64,000 nucleotides of DNA, from the NCBI RefSeq assembly GCF_006345805.1, contig NC_042997.1:31062001-31126000 (forward strand), given 5' to 3'. Each line of letters begins with the position of its first letter. Position 1 is the stretch's first letter. The notes below the pieces were generated by a model. It had not been told where the DNA came from, did not search any database, and was given only the letters and a program-made list of their open reading frames with translations. The DNA is from Octopus sinensis. Taxonomy: Eukaryota. Positions 13,264-26,015 of the stretch are shown here, in pieces. Position numbers and translations under genes: made by a program.

Positions 13264-13470
13264 CTGTCTGTTTGTCCCCACAACGTCGCTTGACAACCGA
13301 TACTGGTGTGTTTACGTCCCCGTAACTTAGCGGTTCGGCAAAAGAGACCGATGGAATAAGTACTAGGCTTACAAAGAATAAGTCCTGGGGTCGATTTGCT
13401 CGACTAAAAGGTGGTGCTCCAGCATGGCCGCAGTCAAATGACTGAAAAAAGTAAAAGAGAGAAAAAGAGA
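13053..13470 (+). mobile_element. SINE family B
   Basis: Full head-to-tail match to family B. Confidence 0.92.
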
Positions 13471-13757
13471 GATATGAAACAAGAAATGACTCCATCAAAT
13501 GTAGCATTAAATTTCTAGGTCGTTCACTTTTTCTCCAACCGATCAATGGGCCGATTGAGTAAGTCTGTCAATGATGAATCTGTACCGACAACACGAAACA
13601 GCTGTAAGTCAAATTTAACACAATGAGTTATTATTCCTTAGTCATATTGTTGGCAATCATAATGAATATCATCACTTTCCTTTTATTCCTATAGATTTAC
13701 CAAACATATTTCCGTATGGCTAGTTGAACTGATTATGTTTCGTTAACTATATATAAA

Positions 13758-13975
13758 GTGAAGCCGCGTGGCCTAGTGGTTAGTGTGTTGCCTTCACGAT
13801 GGCATTGGTCGTAGTTTCGATTCCCTGACCGGACATTGCGTTGTGTTCTTGAGTAATACACTTCATTTCACGATGCTCCAGCCCACTCACTTTCTAAATA
13901 ATTAACCTTGCGTCCCGTTCTGATGAAATGTAATCTCGGTCAATTATACGCTACAGAGTTTTAAGACTCGAGATA
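13758..13975 (+). mobile_element. Old tRNA-headed SINE (family E/C-like)
   Basis: GTGAAGCCGCGTGGCCTAGTGGTTAG...GTTTCGATTCCC...TGTGTTCTTGAG. Confidence 0.7.
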
Positions 13976-14290
13976 GTAACATCCAGGTTGATGATCAAAA
14001 CACGATAGACGCATGTCTCTAGTTGGCTTTGAAGTCAATATCCCTTATTAACTGCGTTGTCTTTATTTCCTGCAAAATTTTGATTATCTGATATTATTGG
14101 AGTTATCGCTCTTGTATGTTGTTTTGCAAATTCAAAACATCCCTTGAGGTAGATTTTGTTCTTTAGTAGAATGAATAAGCCAAGTTAAAAATTTTAAACA
14201 CACTGTATTACGTATATGAGACTATCGCACTCACAACCCCATTACATCTCTCTCTCTCTCTCTCTCTCTTTTTCTCTCTCTCTCTATATA

Positions 14291-14379
<89 letters not shown>

Positions 14380-14504
14380 GCCTGCCTGTCTGTCTATCTA
14401 CCTCCCTTTTGCATCACACACTATCTTTCTTTCAGTTTACTTGCTACTACTCGCATATCAGGTACGGAGAGCTGCTATAAACACATCCTAGATTCTGCTT
14501 CCCG

Positions 14505-14519
14505 ACCACTACCACCACC

Positions 14520-14552
<33 letters not shown>

Positions 14553-14778
14553 CCCTTACGATCAAATCTACTCCCACCACTACGACCACCACTACTACCA
14601 CCACTACTATTACCACCACCACCACCACCACCACCACAACCACCACCACCACTACTATTACCACCACCACCACTACTACTACTACCACTACTACTACTAC
14701 TACTCCCTTACGATCAAATCTACTCCCACCACCACGACGACCACCACCACTACTACTACCACCACCACCACCACCACC

Positions 14779-14811
<33 letters not shown>

Positions 14812-15040
14812 CCCTTACGTACAACGCTGCTCCCCCCACCCCCACCACCCCACCACTACACCACCACCACCACACCACCACCACCACCACCACACCACCA
14901 CCACCACCACCACCACCACACCACCACCACCACCACCACACCACCACCACCACCACACCACCACCACCACCACCACGACCACCAAAACCACCACCACCAC
15001 CACCACCACCACACCACCACCAACGCCATCGCCACCACGA
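14505..15040. repeat. (ACC)n/(ACT)n array with a repeated non-microsatellite spacer
   Basis: CTCCCTTACGATCAAATCTACTCCCACC at ~14551 and ~14703; partial third copy at ~14810. Confidence 0.88.
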
Positions 15041-15929
15041 TCATCCTTTTAATTGATTTCCAAATATTCATTTAACCAACATGCTACAACCAAATAACAG
15101 ATGTGCTGTTTCTTTTCTGCCCATTGCCCTTTTCTGCCGCTAAAACACCGGCTGCTGCTCCACTCAACTAGCAACCTACAAACCACTTTCGTTTCGGCCT
15201 GCCGTACCACCACCTTCGTTTCTTTCCCTCCCAACATCCCTATTGTATCTCACCTCACACTTTCCGCACTAAATACTTTGCCCAACTGCTCCTCTCATCT
15301 AGAACTGCAGGAGGCCCCTTTGAATTCCTTTCCTGTCCACAACGTTGTTATTATTTAGCCCCAGGCTTAGAATCAAATGCACTCTAGTCGTAACTATCTC
15401 ACTTTTTTTTTATCACTGGCTAATGTACCCAAAACGTTTCACCCCTATTTTCTTTGAAAACGGCAGAGTGTGATTTGAGAGAGATTTAGCTGATGTTTCT
15501 AGCAAATTTAGCAACCACATAGAATATCCAATTTTCCTTCTATAAGGGTTGACTTACAGATGTTTAAACTAAACGCCATTCACATCAATCTCATCAGTCT
15601 GTGACCGTCTATAAAAGGTCACATGTACTGCTCCACCGTCCTTGATTAAAAAAAAATCCCTGTTAATTGTATTTTTCATTTGACTTAGGCCTGATTCGAT
15701 CTCGAAATCTTTTCCTTATGATAGTGAAAGTATAAATAAATTTAGCCCTCTTTAAAGCAATCTATTAGCAGTTCAGATAGTAAAATTAACTAGTGGTTCT
15801 TTATACTGAGCTTTCAACAAGGAGGTAGAAGGTTCCAATCTTACCGATTTCCCGAATACTGTTTAAATTTTTCTTTTGGACACACAACACAGTACATACA
15901 TGCAAGCACACATACATATATGATTGATA

Positions 15930-16037
15930 TATATATATATATGTATATAATAATAATAATAATAATAATACAACAACAGGTCTATAGTAATTGAATTACA
16001 TAATAGTGGTTTTTCTCTAATTTATATATATTATATA

Positions 16038-16073
<36 letters not shown>

Positions 16074-16224
16074 TGATTTGTGATAAGGAGTTTGCTTCCG
16101 AACCAACACAGTGTTCTCGGTTCAACCCCACTCCATAACACATTGGACAAGTGTCTTCTTGTCTGCCTCGGCCGACCAAAGCTATGTGAGTGGATTTAGT
16201 AGACTGAACCTGAAGAAGTTCGTC

Positions 16225-16269
<45 letters not shown>

Positions 16270-16576
16270 ATATAATATATGTGTGTATATATATATATGT
16301 ATATAATAATAATATTAATAATAATAAACAACAGGTCTATAGTAATTGAATTACATAATAGTGGTTTTTCTCTAATTTATATATATTATATATGTACATA
16401 TATATATATATATATATTCAGTGATTTGTGATAAGGAGTTTGCTTCCGAACCAACCACAGTGTTCTCGGTTCAACCCCACTCCATAAAACATTGGACAAG
16501 TGTCTTCTTGTCTAGCCTCGGGCCGACCAAAGCTATGTGAGTGGATTTAGTAGACTGAACCTGAAAGAAGTTCGTC

Positions 16577-16600
<24 letters not shown>
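15930..16600. repeat. Tandem duplication (~355-bp unit) containing a SINE-B head
   Basis: CAACAGGTCTATAGTAATTGAATTAC...GAAGTTCGTCCG occurs at ~15974 and ~16329. Confidence 0.9.
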
Positions 16601-16617
<17 letters not shown>

Positions 16618-17185
16618 TATATATATTATATATATGTGTGTGTGTATATAATATATGTATGTGTGTATATATATATATATATATAATAGATATATATGTA
16701 TGTGTATATATATTCATATATATATATATATATATATATACTAAGGGCTGGGGGCTGAAAAAGTTCATAGCTTTGGGTAAAAGAAAATACATGAGAATCA
16801 GCTAATCACTGACGAAAGGCACAGTTGACTTCGGCAGCATTTGAACAGAGCAGAGAACGATAACTGATAGAGCAGTGGTTTTCAACCCGGGTACATATGG
16901 CCCTTGGGGGTCCATATAAAATTTGTTGTTTAAAATATATTTACAATAAATTGGTTATACGTGCCAAGCTTTAAAAAAATGTACTGGGATCGATTCATTC
17001 GATAAACATTTTCAAGGTGACTCTTTGGCAAGGCCGCAGTCTAATGACTGAAACAAGTAATATTTATACACACACACACACAAATACACACACACACACA
17101 CACACATACATACATACACACATGTATACGTTTATCAGTTCGTTTTACAAGATTCCTGGTGTGAAATCGTATGTTGAAACAGATA

Positions 17186-17549
17186 TTGTTGTATTTCGAG
17201 ATGGTCATTTTATTTCATTTATTTATTTTTTCTTCACTCGTTTATTACTGTCCTTATTTATTTTATATCCATTGTCCGGAAATCTTTCGTCACGCATCTA
17301 TGACTTCTTTGGGGACACTTTTCGTTTCCGTGTGTGTTTTTGATCCACTTAGTAAAAACACACACGGAAACGTAAAGTGTCCCTAAAGAGGTCATAGATG
17401 TGTAACGAAAGATTTCCGGACAATGGACATAAAATAAAGACGGATAGTAATAAACGAGTAAATGAAAAAAAATAAAAGAAACAGTGCGTGTCTATATTTT
17501 GGCAGTAAATAAATAAATAAATAAAATGACCGTCCCGAAATACAAAACA

Positions 17550-17550
<1 letters not shown>
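17186..17550. repeat. Long imperfect inverted repeat (axis ~17342-17353)
   Basis: ...CGTTTCCGTGTGTGTTTTT gatccacttagt AAAAACACACACGGAAACG...; arms pair out to TGTATTTCGAGATGGTCATTTTATT / AATAAAATGACCGTCCCGAAATACA. Confidence 0.9.
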
Positions 17551-17592
<42 letters not shown>

Positions 17593-17758
17593 TTATATGT
17601 TTGTTGTTTATACACCTGTCTTCGTCTTTTGTTTTTCTGTAAATTTCAACTATATATATATATTAGCGTGGTTCTGTGCAAGGATGACACGCAAATTCGT
17701 GAAGCGTTCCATATTTTCTAAAGGTGGACGCAGCAAAATGACTGAACAAATAAAAGTA

Positions 17759-17820
<62 letters not shown>

Positions 17821-17826
<6 letters not shown>

Positions 17827-18061
17827 TGGCCAAAAGTCACCCAACAGGAATGAAAAAAAAAAACCTTAATACTCAAAATATTCAATTTTATTTATTCATT
17901 CCAATTATGAATGTTTAATAATTGAATGCTGTGAGTTAAAATCACCGTTTATTTCAACATTTGTCTGTTTGTTAGCGAAGTCTCATTCAGTCGTTAAACA
18001 TAAATAAATCTTGGAATTAAATGGTTATGATTTACTGTCAGGTGACTTTTGGCAAATAATG
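17821..18061. mobile_element. Tc1/mariner-type MITE
   Basis: TIRs GGTTGGCCAAAAGTCACC / GGTGACTTTTGGCAAAT, with TA on both sides. Confidence 0.75.
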
Positions 18062-18205
18062 TATATAACATATGAATACGTACACGCTATATGTATGTAC
18101 ATGCATATGTGTATACGTGCTTGCATGCACACACACACACACACCACACACACACCACACACATATATATGCATATATCTATATATATATATATATAGTA
18201 TGCAC

Positions 18206-18238
<33 letters not shown>

Positions 18239-20148
18239 TATATATATATGCATACATGTATACCCACAAATGTATCTTACAAGAATCAAAATCAGAACAA
18301 TTATTTGCAATGAGTAAAGAGTATAATTTTATATTCCTCTCTGCCAATCGGAATTCTACCAGTCAATCTACCGAGTTATGACTAATGAACGACCAAATTG
18401 AATATTCTATATTCCAATTTTACTCAATTTATTTAATACTTTGTTTGCTTTCTCTGAGTATATTTTAGTGGGTGGGTATTATAGGAAATAGGAAACTGTA
18501 ACGTTCATCCGTTCCAAAAAGTCCATAGCGTAATAAGCGATGCGATTTGGCTTTTACTGGGAAGCGAAACCGCTGTTTAGCTCGATTTGTCAGGTGCCGT
18601 CTTTTGCTGTGCGTCGCTTAGCAATTCATGATATCAGTGATATCGACAGCAGAGCTTGTGATAATTGATGTTGTAGAGATGAGAGAAATGGTGTCGGTAC
18701 CGGCAGATGGTGATGATGGTGGTGTGCATTTAGTTATAATAGTAGTGATGTCACAAAGAGAATGGTATTGTTGTTATTGGTGGTGGTGGTGGTATTAGTG
18801 GTGTTACTGTTAGTGATGGTAGAGAAGACGAAGATAAAGGCATGGTATAGAACGGTCACTGCTTACACAACCACAGAATCACACACACTTTCACACAAAT
18901 ATGTAATTAATTAATTGAAGCAAAAATAGGGAATGGAACGAAATATAGTCAAATAAGTGAGGTAAAGCAACAAGAAAGACTCTAAGAAAGAATTAAAATA
19001 GAATAAAATATAATATAAAAAAACCCCGTGGAAATAGGAAAATATTCAGGCAGACGAAACAAAATGGATGCTGTTAACGAGGTGTCGTCTGTTTAAAACA
19101 AAATCTTTCTTTTCTTGTTTTGTTTTCAATATGACCTCTGTTGTAGTCTTCTTTTCGACAGATTTTCCTCCTGTTAACAGTCGTGTGTCAAAATTGTAGT
19201 ATAAGCGTGTTACCACTACCCGTGTCTCGACCAGCACGTTTTCCTCTCAAAAGTTTGGCTTCAGATATTTTCGGTCCATTTTGTAGCAGACGGTCAAATG
19301 AAGAAATCAAACCGTCCGAAGAAATCTAACAAAAAAATAATATGAATAAAATGAAATACAATAAACAAGGTGTATGTGTGTGTGTTGTGTGTGTGTGTGG
19401 CGGGTGGGGAATAAGTAAAGAAAAAAAACCTAAAGAAAAGAGAAAGGAGAGAAAATGCGAACTTAAGCTGCCGTATGTCTGACAGCAACACACATCAGTA
19501 GGGTGTTCATGACAGCCCCTACCGTCTTGGAAAAAGCAGAAAAAATATGAGGGAAATACTAGCATTAAATCCTTCCCTCCTGTCCGCATTCGTGATAACA
19601 CAATTATATGTTGAAAGTTCAGCTTTTTTGACATAGCAAGGCCAGCAGTAACTAACTGCTGATATATAATAGGATAAAATAGATCCCTCCCGCTCCTATA
19701 TACACCCCTCACTAACATGATACGTCTCATTCAACACATTTGTTTTTATCTATATTTCCTTTTTGTACCTATTTATTTGTGCGCGCGTGCGCGTGTTTGC
19801 GCTTTGTTCAAGAACTGTTTTATTACGTTTATGTATTTGACATTTACACATCGTCTTAACACATTTACATACCTTACACATCATCTTGACACATTTACCT
19901 CATTTCTACACCCGAGCTACAGTAATGCGTCGATAAACGAGTTAATGTGTTTCCGGAGACCTCCCGTAAAGCGAAAACTCGTAAAGCGGGGGAGTGATAA
20001 TTTTCCATAGTAGCGACGTTATTAATCGTAATTCGTCCCCAGAAAAATATTTTACCTATAAAATTTCTAATACTCGCGAACAAATATGAATAAAACAACA
20101 ATAGAATGCAAAAAATATTTTATGTTATGTAAAAAGAATGTCAGATCA

Positions 20149-20540
20149 TCTTTATATATAAAAGTAAGGTTGTGTGTCTGTCTCCTACGATTTAGATTCC
20201 TAACTACTCCCACATTTTGCGGTGCAGTTTAACCAAAACCGTATCTTATAGTCGTGATTCATATCGAGCCCTTCTGGGTATTAGCGCGCGTCTACGATGA
20301 GTCTACGATTTAAAAAAAAATTTACCATCATTTTTTTCCATTTTAATGCATTTTTTCGCTATTAAATAAGGGAAGTAACTCTCAAAAATGTCTACGATGA
20401 GTCAACATTTAAAAAAAATTACCATCATTTGTTTTCCATTTTTAATGCATTGTTTTGCTATTTTTTGGCTATAACTCTCTAAAAATGCTTATATAGTTAT
20501 TTCCCTTACAAACCCGAGCAGCGCCGGGCGATACTGCTAG
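20149..20540 (+). mobile_element. Non-autonomous Helitron
   Basis: A|TC 5' end; GC-rich hairpin-like CCCGAGCAGCGCCGGG then CTAG|T 3' end; no TSD. Confidence 0.85.
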
Positions 20541-20871
20541 TTTATAATAAAAAAATATTATTATTATTATTATTATAATCATTTTCTGAATCACTTTCAC
20601 TCGCACCAGACTCGCGCACACCATTGTAGAATCGATCGGCGATTCATAATCACTCGTAGACGGACTCGTAGATTTTTTTTTAAAATACAAGTCTAGAGTT
20701 GTTTGCTGAGAAGACACTTTTCTTCGCTCTCTAAATTTCTCGGTAACACAGAAGCATTTGTCAAGGTAGCAGAAGTTTTTGCACTTCGTTCAAAATTTGG
20801 ATCTTGTGTTTGAAAAGTAAAATTTGTAAAACCGGGGTCTCGTAAAGCGAGTTCTCGTAAAGGGAGGTTTT

Positions 20872-21189
20872 AAAAAATTTATTTATGCGTCCTTTTCAAG
20901 CCTAGCCAGGCTCATGGGCCCGGTTTCCCGGCTTCTATGGTGTATGTGTTCCCCCCAGCTGGACAGGACTCTAGTCCATCGCAGCGTTACTCAAGAATAA
21001 GGAAGAGAGAGTGAGAGAAAGTTGGGGCGAAAGAGTACAACAGGGGTCGTCACCACCTCCAGCCGGAGCCTCGTGGAGCTTTAGGTGTTTTTGCTCAATA
21101 AACACACACAACGCCCGGTCTGGGAATCGAAACCGCGATCCTCCAACCGCGAGTCCGCTGCCCTAACCACTGGGCCATTGCACCTTCAC
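20872..21189 (-). mobile_element. SINE family D (tRNA-like head)
   Basis: Minus-strand head GTGAAGGTGCAATGGCCCAGTGGTTAGGGCAGCGGACTCGCGG...GTTTCGATTCCC; TSD AAAGGGAGGTTT(T) on both sides. Confidence 0.9.
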
Positions 21190-21644
21190 AAAGGGAGGTT
21201 TTACTGTATCTAATTTTTCTGGCCTGAGTCGTGGCTACCCAAGTTGATAATTTGCCAGACAACCAGCAAACACGAAACTGATCTTTCGTATCATCTCACT
21301 CCCTCTGCACTCTGTTAAAAGTAACGGAAGAGTCTGTTCATAGTCGACCGACTTACTAGGAATAAATATACAAATTTCCTCAAATCCCACCCTGTCGTCT
21401 TAAAAGATGATAAACATAACTTTTATCATTTATCTGTTTCAGCCATTGGACTGCGTCATGCTGGGGCAACGCCTTCAAGAAGTTTTAACCGAATGAACCA
21501 ACTTCAGTACTTACAGTTTGCTACTTACTCTATCGGTCTGATTTTGCCGAACCGCAAGGTTATAGGGACGTAAGCAAACCAGTTGTCCAGCAGTGGTAGG
21601 GGAAAACACACACACAACACACAGACAGACACACACACATATAT

Positions 21645-23378
21645 ATAGTTGAAATTTACAGAAAAACAAAAGACGAAGACAGATGTACGAACAACAAGCA
21701 GATGTATTAGTTTGACGCTTGGTAGAGTGAGAAAGTCTCCTACGTTTTGAGCCTACGCTCTTCAACAGAAACGAATAAGAGATAATAAATAGAGAGAGAG
21801 AGATTGGGAGAGAGTGAGAGAGAATGAGAGAGAGAGTGAGAGAGAGAGAGAGAAACTTGTGGATTTAGCGGTCAAACATGGGGACTGGTTAGAAGAAGGT
21901 TTGATAGAAGAGGTAAGAAGAAGAGGAGATAATAAAGTATTGGTGATCCCCAAAACGAAGGTGCGCGTGCGTGTGCGTGTATATGAGAATGTGTGTGTTT
22001 GTGTGGATAGGGGCTAATGACTTTGACATGTATGTGCGTCTGTAATGTGTGTGTGCAGATGATGGTGCGTGGTGTGGGGTAGTGAGGGGTGGTGTGATGC
22101 ATGACAGTGAGATGGAGTGTGGTGTGGGTGTATGGGTGTGGGAATGTGGGTATGTTGGGTGTGGGGTGAAGGTGTGGAGGTAGGGTGGGGTATGTGGGTG
22201 GAGGGGGTATCAATGAAGAGAGAAGGTGAGTATGAGTGAAGAGTGGAAGCAGTTGTCAGATGAAGAGAGGAGAGGAGAGGAGTTGAGCCCATGCGGCGCA
22301 AAGGAGCGAATAGAGAGAAGATTAATTCCTGTTCACGGTGAAGACGGGAGTCCAGATGGCCCCTGTGCAAAGACAGTCCGAACACAGACAGGTGTTGTAA
22401 TGTATGACCCGTAGAGCGGAAATGGTGTGAGACCGGGGTGTCGTCGCCGAGTCTGATGTCTCGGAGTTGCTCCACGAACCGGTCAGCCAAGCGGCGTTTG
22501 ACCGATGTACAGAGAAAAGCAGAAAGAGCAGGAGATGCAGTAAATGACTTCGCTAGAAGTGCAGGTAAGGAATCGGTGATATGATAGGGACGATGATGGG
22601 TGCCCGTGAGGATGGTGGTGTTGGAGGTGTACGGGCAAGTGCGGCAGCGTCTGCGGGAGCAGGGGAACAAGCCAAGCTGGGAAGTGAGGTCAGAGAAGAA
22701 ACTGTGAACCAGATCACGCAGGTTGTGGGCTTATTTGAAGGAAGTAAGAGGTAGGTTGGGGACGATGTGCAAGGTGGAGGGGTCAGGCTAGAGTCACCAG
22801 AAGGCTCGGAGAACGGTGCGTTGGAGGGGCAGGATAGAGGGGTGTTAGGTGAAGAAAAACGGGAGACAGGCAACGGCGGGGCGGGTGCGGGGAGAGAGAG
22901 CAGAGGCGCGGTCCACAGAAGAGCTCCAGCAAGATATGTGTGAATAGTGGTGTGGGGATATCCACGAAGGATGAAGTGGTGAGCCATGAATTGAGACTGA
23001 GTCTCAAAATCATGGTTGTCACTGCAGACGGAGGAATTAGGTGCAGGGGATGGGGAGCTTGGTGTGGGTAAGGTGGGTAAGTTGAGGTATGAGTGTAAGT
23101 CGGCGTGTTTGTAGTGGATGGAGATAGTGAGAGCGGAATGGTGTATGTTGACTGAAATGTCGAGAAATGCGACGGAAGTGTTGGAAATAGTGCAGGAGAA
23201 TTCGAGGGCAGGAGAGAAGGATTGGACAAAAGAGAAGTAACAGTCTATTTGTTCGCGAGAGAGTGAGGTCGCATGATCGATGCACTCATCAATATAACGA
23301 CCGTGTAGTTCGGTAGTGGGACTAGTGAATCGTGAGAATATTTGGGCCTCAACGTAGCAACGAACAGGTTCGCAGATT
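21645..23378 (-). mobile_element. 5'-truncated Penelope-like element (Neptune-type): RT C-terminal half, Cys linker, GIY-YIG endonuclease, and 3' repeat with hammerhead-like motif
   Basis: Minus strand: ANLFV-YVEAQIF...GRYIDECI (YIDD-like), HFILRGYP, PCSRRRCRTC, KRRLADRFVEQLRDIR..PVSHHF..GH, RLHREQELIFSL. Frameshifted. The 3' end runs into (TA)n. Confidence 0.9.
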
Positions 23379-23794
23379 GCTAGCCACTACACATTCTTTA
23401 TTTTCTCTCCTTGTTTCTTACTGTGTTTCGGTCTATAAAATCCAGTCACAGGACTTTGGTCGGCTAGAAGCTACACTAGAAGCCATTTGCCTAAAGTTCC
23501 ACGTAGTAGGACTGAGCCCAGAGCCATGTGGTTGGGCAACCAATGCATATATGTCTGTATATATATATATAGATAAATAGATATACATACACACATACAT
23601 ACATAGATACATAGATATATATACATACATACATACATACATACATACATACATACATACATACATACACACACATATATATATATATATATATAATTAA
23701 TTAAAATCTTAGGGTAGCAAGAATATTCATAGAAAAATTCTTAGTTACCAGTGGTCAAGCGAGAAAGAAAAAATTAGTCAATAGACTATATATT

Positions 23795-24094
23795 ATTCAG
23801 AGAAGAATACAGTGTACGTTCAAACACAAAAGAGATACCCGAAGAATAGGATATCTGACACGCTAGAAAGAGCAGTTAAAACTCCAAGCCACCAATTGTG
23901 GTAATTCCGAAAGTGATTGGAAAATAAAAACTTTTACCTTAATCCTAGGATTAAGGTAAAAGTTTTTATTTTCCAATCACTTTCGGAATTACCACAATTG
24001 GTGGCTTGGAGTTTTTTAACTGCTCTTTCTAGCGTGTCAGATATCCTATTCTTCGGGTATCTCTTTTGAACGTACACTGTATTCTTCTTTGAAT
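23795..24094. repeat. Spacer-less palindrome, ~150-bp arms, axis 23946/23947
   Basis: ...TTTTACCTTAATCCT|AGGATTAAGGTAAAA...; arms differ by only three small indels and one substitution. Confidence 0.96.
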
Positions 24095-24173
24095 TATATA
24101 TATATATATATATATATAATATAATACATACAACACACACACACACATATATATATGTAAATTCTATTTACAA

Positions 24174-24516
24174 GTGAAGGCGCATGGCTCAGTGGTTAGA
24201 GCATCGAGCTTACGATCGTGAGGTTGTGAGCTCGAATCCCGGACCGGGCTGCGTGTTGTGTTCTTGAGCAAGGCACTTTATTTCACGTTGCTCCAGTTCA
24301 CTCAGCTGTAGAAATGAGTTGCGACGTCACTGGTGCCAAGCTGTATCGACCTTTGTCTTTCCCTTGGATAACACTGGTAGCATGGAGAGGGGAGGCTGGT
24401 ATGCATGGGCGACTGCTGGTCTTCCATAAACAACCTTGCCCGGACTTGTGTCTAGGAGGGTAACTTTCTAGGTGCAATCCCATGGTCATTCATGACCGAA
24501 GGGGGTCTTTACCCCT
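24174..24516 (+). mobile_element. SINE family C
   Basis: GTGAAGGCGCATGGCTCAGTGGTTAGAGC...CTCGAATCCC head; tail GGGGGTCTTTACCCTT; highly similar to 54118-54462. Confidence 0.92.
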
Positions 24517-24651
24517 TATATACAACCGAAAGAGCTACTAATAGTTTCATGTTTATGATACTTGAACAGGCATATCTCCATAATACCCCGTGTATCTGAA
24601 AGCTATCTTTGGGGCTCTGTTTATGCATTTTACAAACAGACACATACACAC

Positions 24652-24685
<34 letters not shown>

Positions 24686-25269
24686 CACACACACACACAC
24701 ACGTATGTATGTATGTATGTATGTATGCATGTATATATGTATGCATGCATGTATATTTGTATGTATGCATGTATATATGCACATACGTATGTATGCATAG
24801 AATGGTAATTTTGATAAATCATCCGGGCATATTTTGCTCAAATACATTGGATATAATTACATAACCTTATCAAAACTATATGTAACAATCGGATTAAATT
24901 ACATGTATACTATTCGTTTATACATGTAAAACTTATTTCTATTCTCTCTATATTATACATATGCGCGCGCCTGTGTGTTTGTGTGTGTGTTTGAATGAGC
25001 ATGTGTGTGTGTAGTGGGTTCATGTACACACACACACACACACATAATTAGAACGTATATTATAAGACTCAGCTCCTATTAACCCGATGTACGTATCGAT
25101 ACATAGGCGTAATGACAAAATGGTGCTATACCTATTACATTAGTAGCCAAACTGTGTGGAGGTTATACGTGTGCAGGACGTACTGAACATATTTCAAGTG
25201 TATCAGTACTCTCCTTACTATGCCTCTCAATCTCTCTCACTGCCCCATCTCCCTGCTACAGTTCCTCCA

Positions 25270-25980
25270 TCCCAGTAAGTCTTTCCGCCTCTTTCTTTGA
25301 CCTTGTTTCTCTTGTTTCTCACTGCTTTTCTCTCTCTCAGAATTCCTTCTCTTTTCCTTGCTCTTTCTTCATCTCTGTCCCTCACCTTTCTCCATCTTTC
25401 TCCCTTACTTTTTCACCATTTCTTTCTCTCGCTTTTCTCCATCTCTTTTTCTCTCTCTTTCTCTCGCTCTTTCTCCACCTCTCTTTCGTTCTCTCCCTCA
25501 CTTTTCTCCATCTTTCTCCCTTACTTTTTCGCCATCTCTCTTCTCTCGCTTTTCTCCATCTCTTTTTCTCTCTTTCTCTATATCTCTTTCTCTCATAGCT
25601 CTTTCTCTCGCTGTTTCTTCATCTCTCTCTCTTTCTTCATATCTTTCTGTTTCTCCATCTCTCTCCATTGCTCTCTCTGTCTCTCCATCTCTTTCTCTCG
25701 CTCTTTCTCCACCTCTCTTTCGCTCTCTCCCTCACCTTTCTCCTTCTCTCTCCCTTACTTTTTCGCCATCTCTCTCTCTCTTCCTTTTCTCCATCTCTTT
25801 CTCTTTCTCTTTCTCTATATCTCTTTCTCTCGCTGTTTCTTCATCTCTCTCTCTCTCTCTGTTTCTCCATCTCTTTCCATTTCTCTCTCTGTCTCTCCAT
25901 CTCTTTCCCTCGCTCTTTCTCCACTTCTCTTTTGCTCTCACTCTCACTTTTCTCCATCTTTCTCCTTTACTTTTCCGCCA

Positions 25981-26015
<35 letters not shown>

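Larger units (their letters stand above)
19920..21206. mobile_element. Tigger/pogo-type non-autonomous DNA transposon hosting two nested insertions
   Basis: TA|CAGTAA... and ...TTACTG|TA ends; CTCGTAAAGCG motifs repeated near both ends. Confidence 0.75.

Noticed and set aside
11585-13546. Recurrent ORFs such as CPRCHAVGLNPEPCGW and FDCGHAGAPP
   Set aside because: They are incidental translations of SINE-B copies, not a gene family.
15930-16600. Tandem duplication as a biological event
   Set aside because: The copies differ mainly by single-base deletions in the first copy and are bounded by (TA)n, typical of a long-read assembly artefact. Listed as a repeat only.
24174-24250. tRNA-like sequences with A and B boxes (also 21115-21189, 43981-44045, 54118-54195)
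   Set aside because: They are SINE heads continuing into repeat bodies, with no complete cloverleaf acceptor stem.
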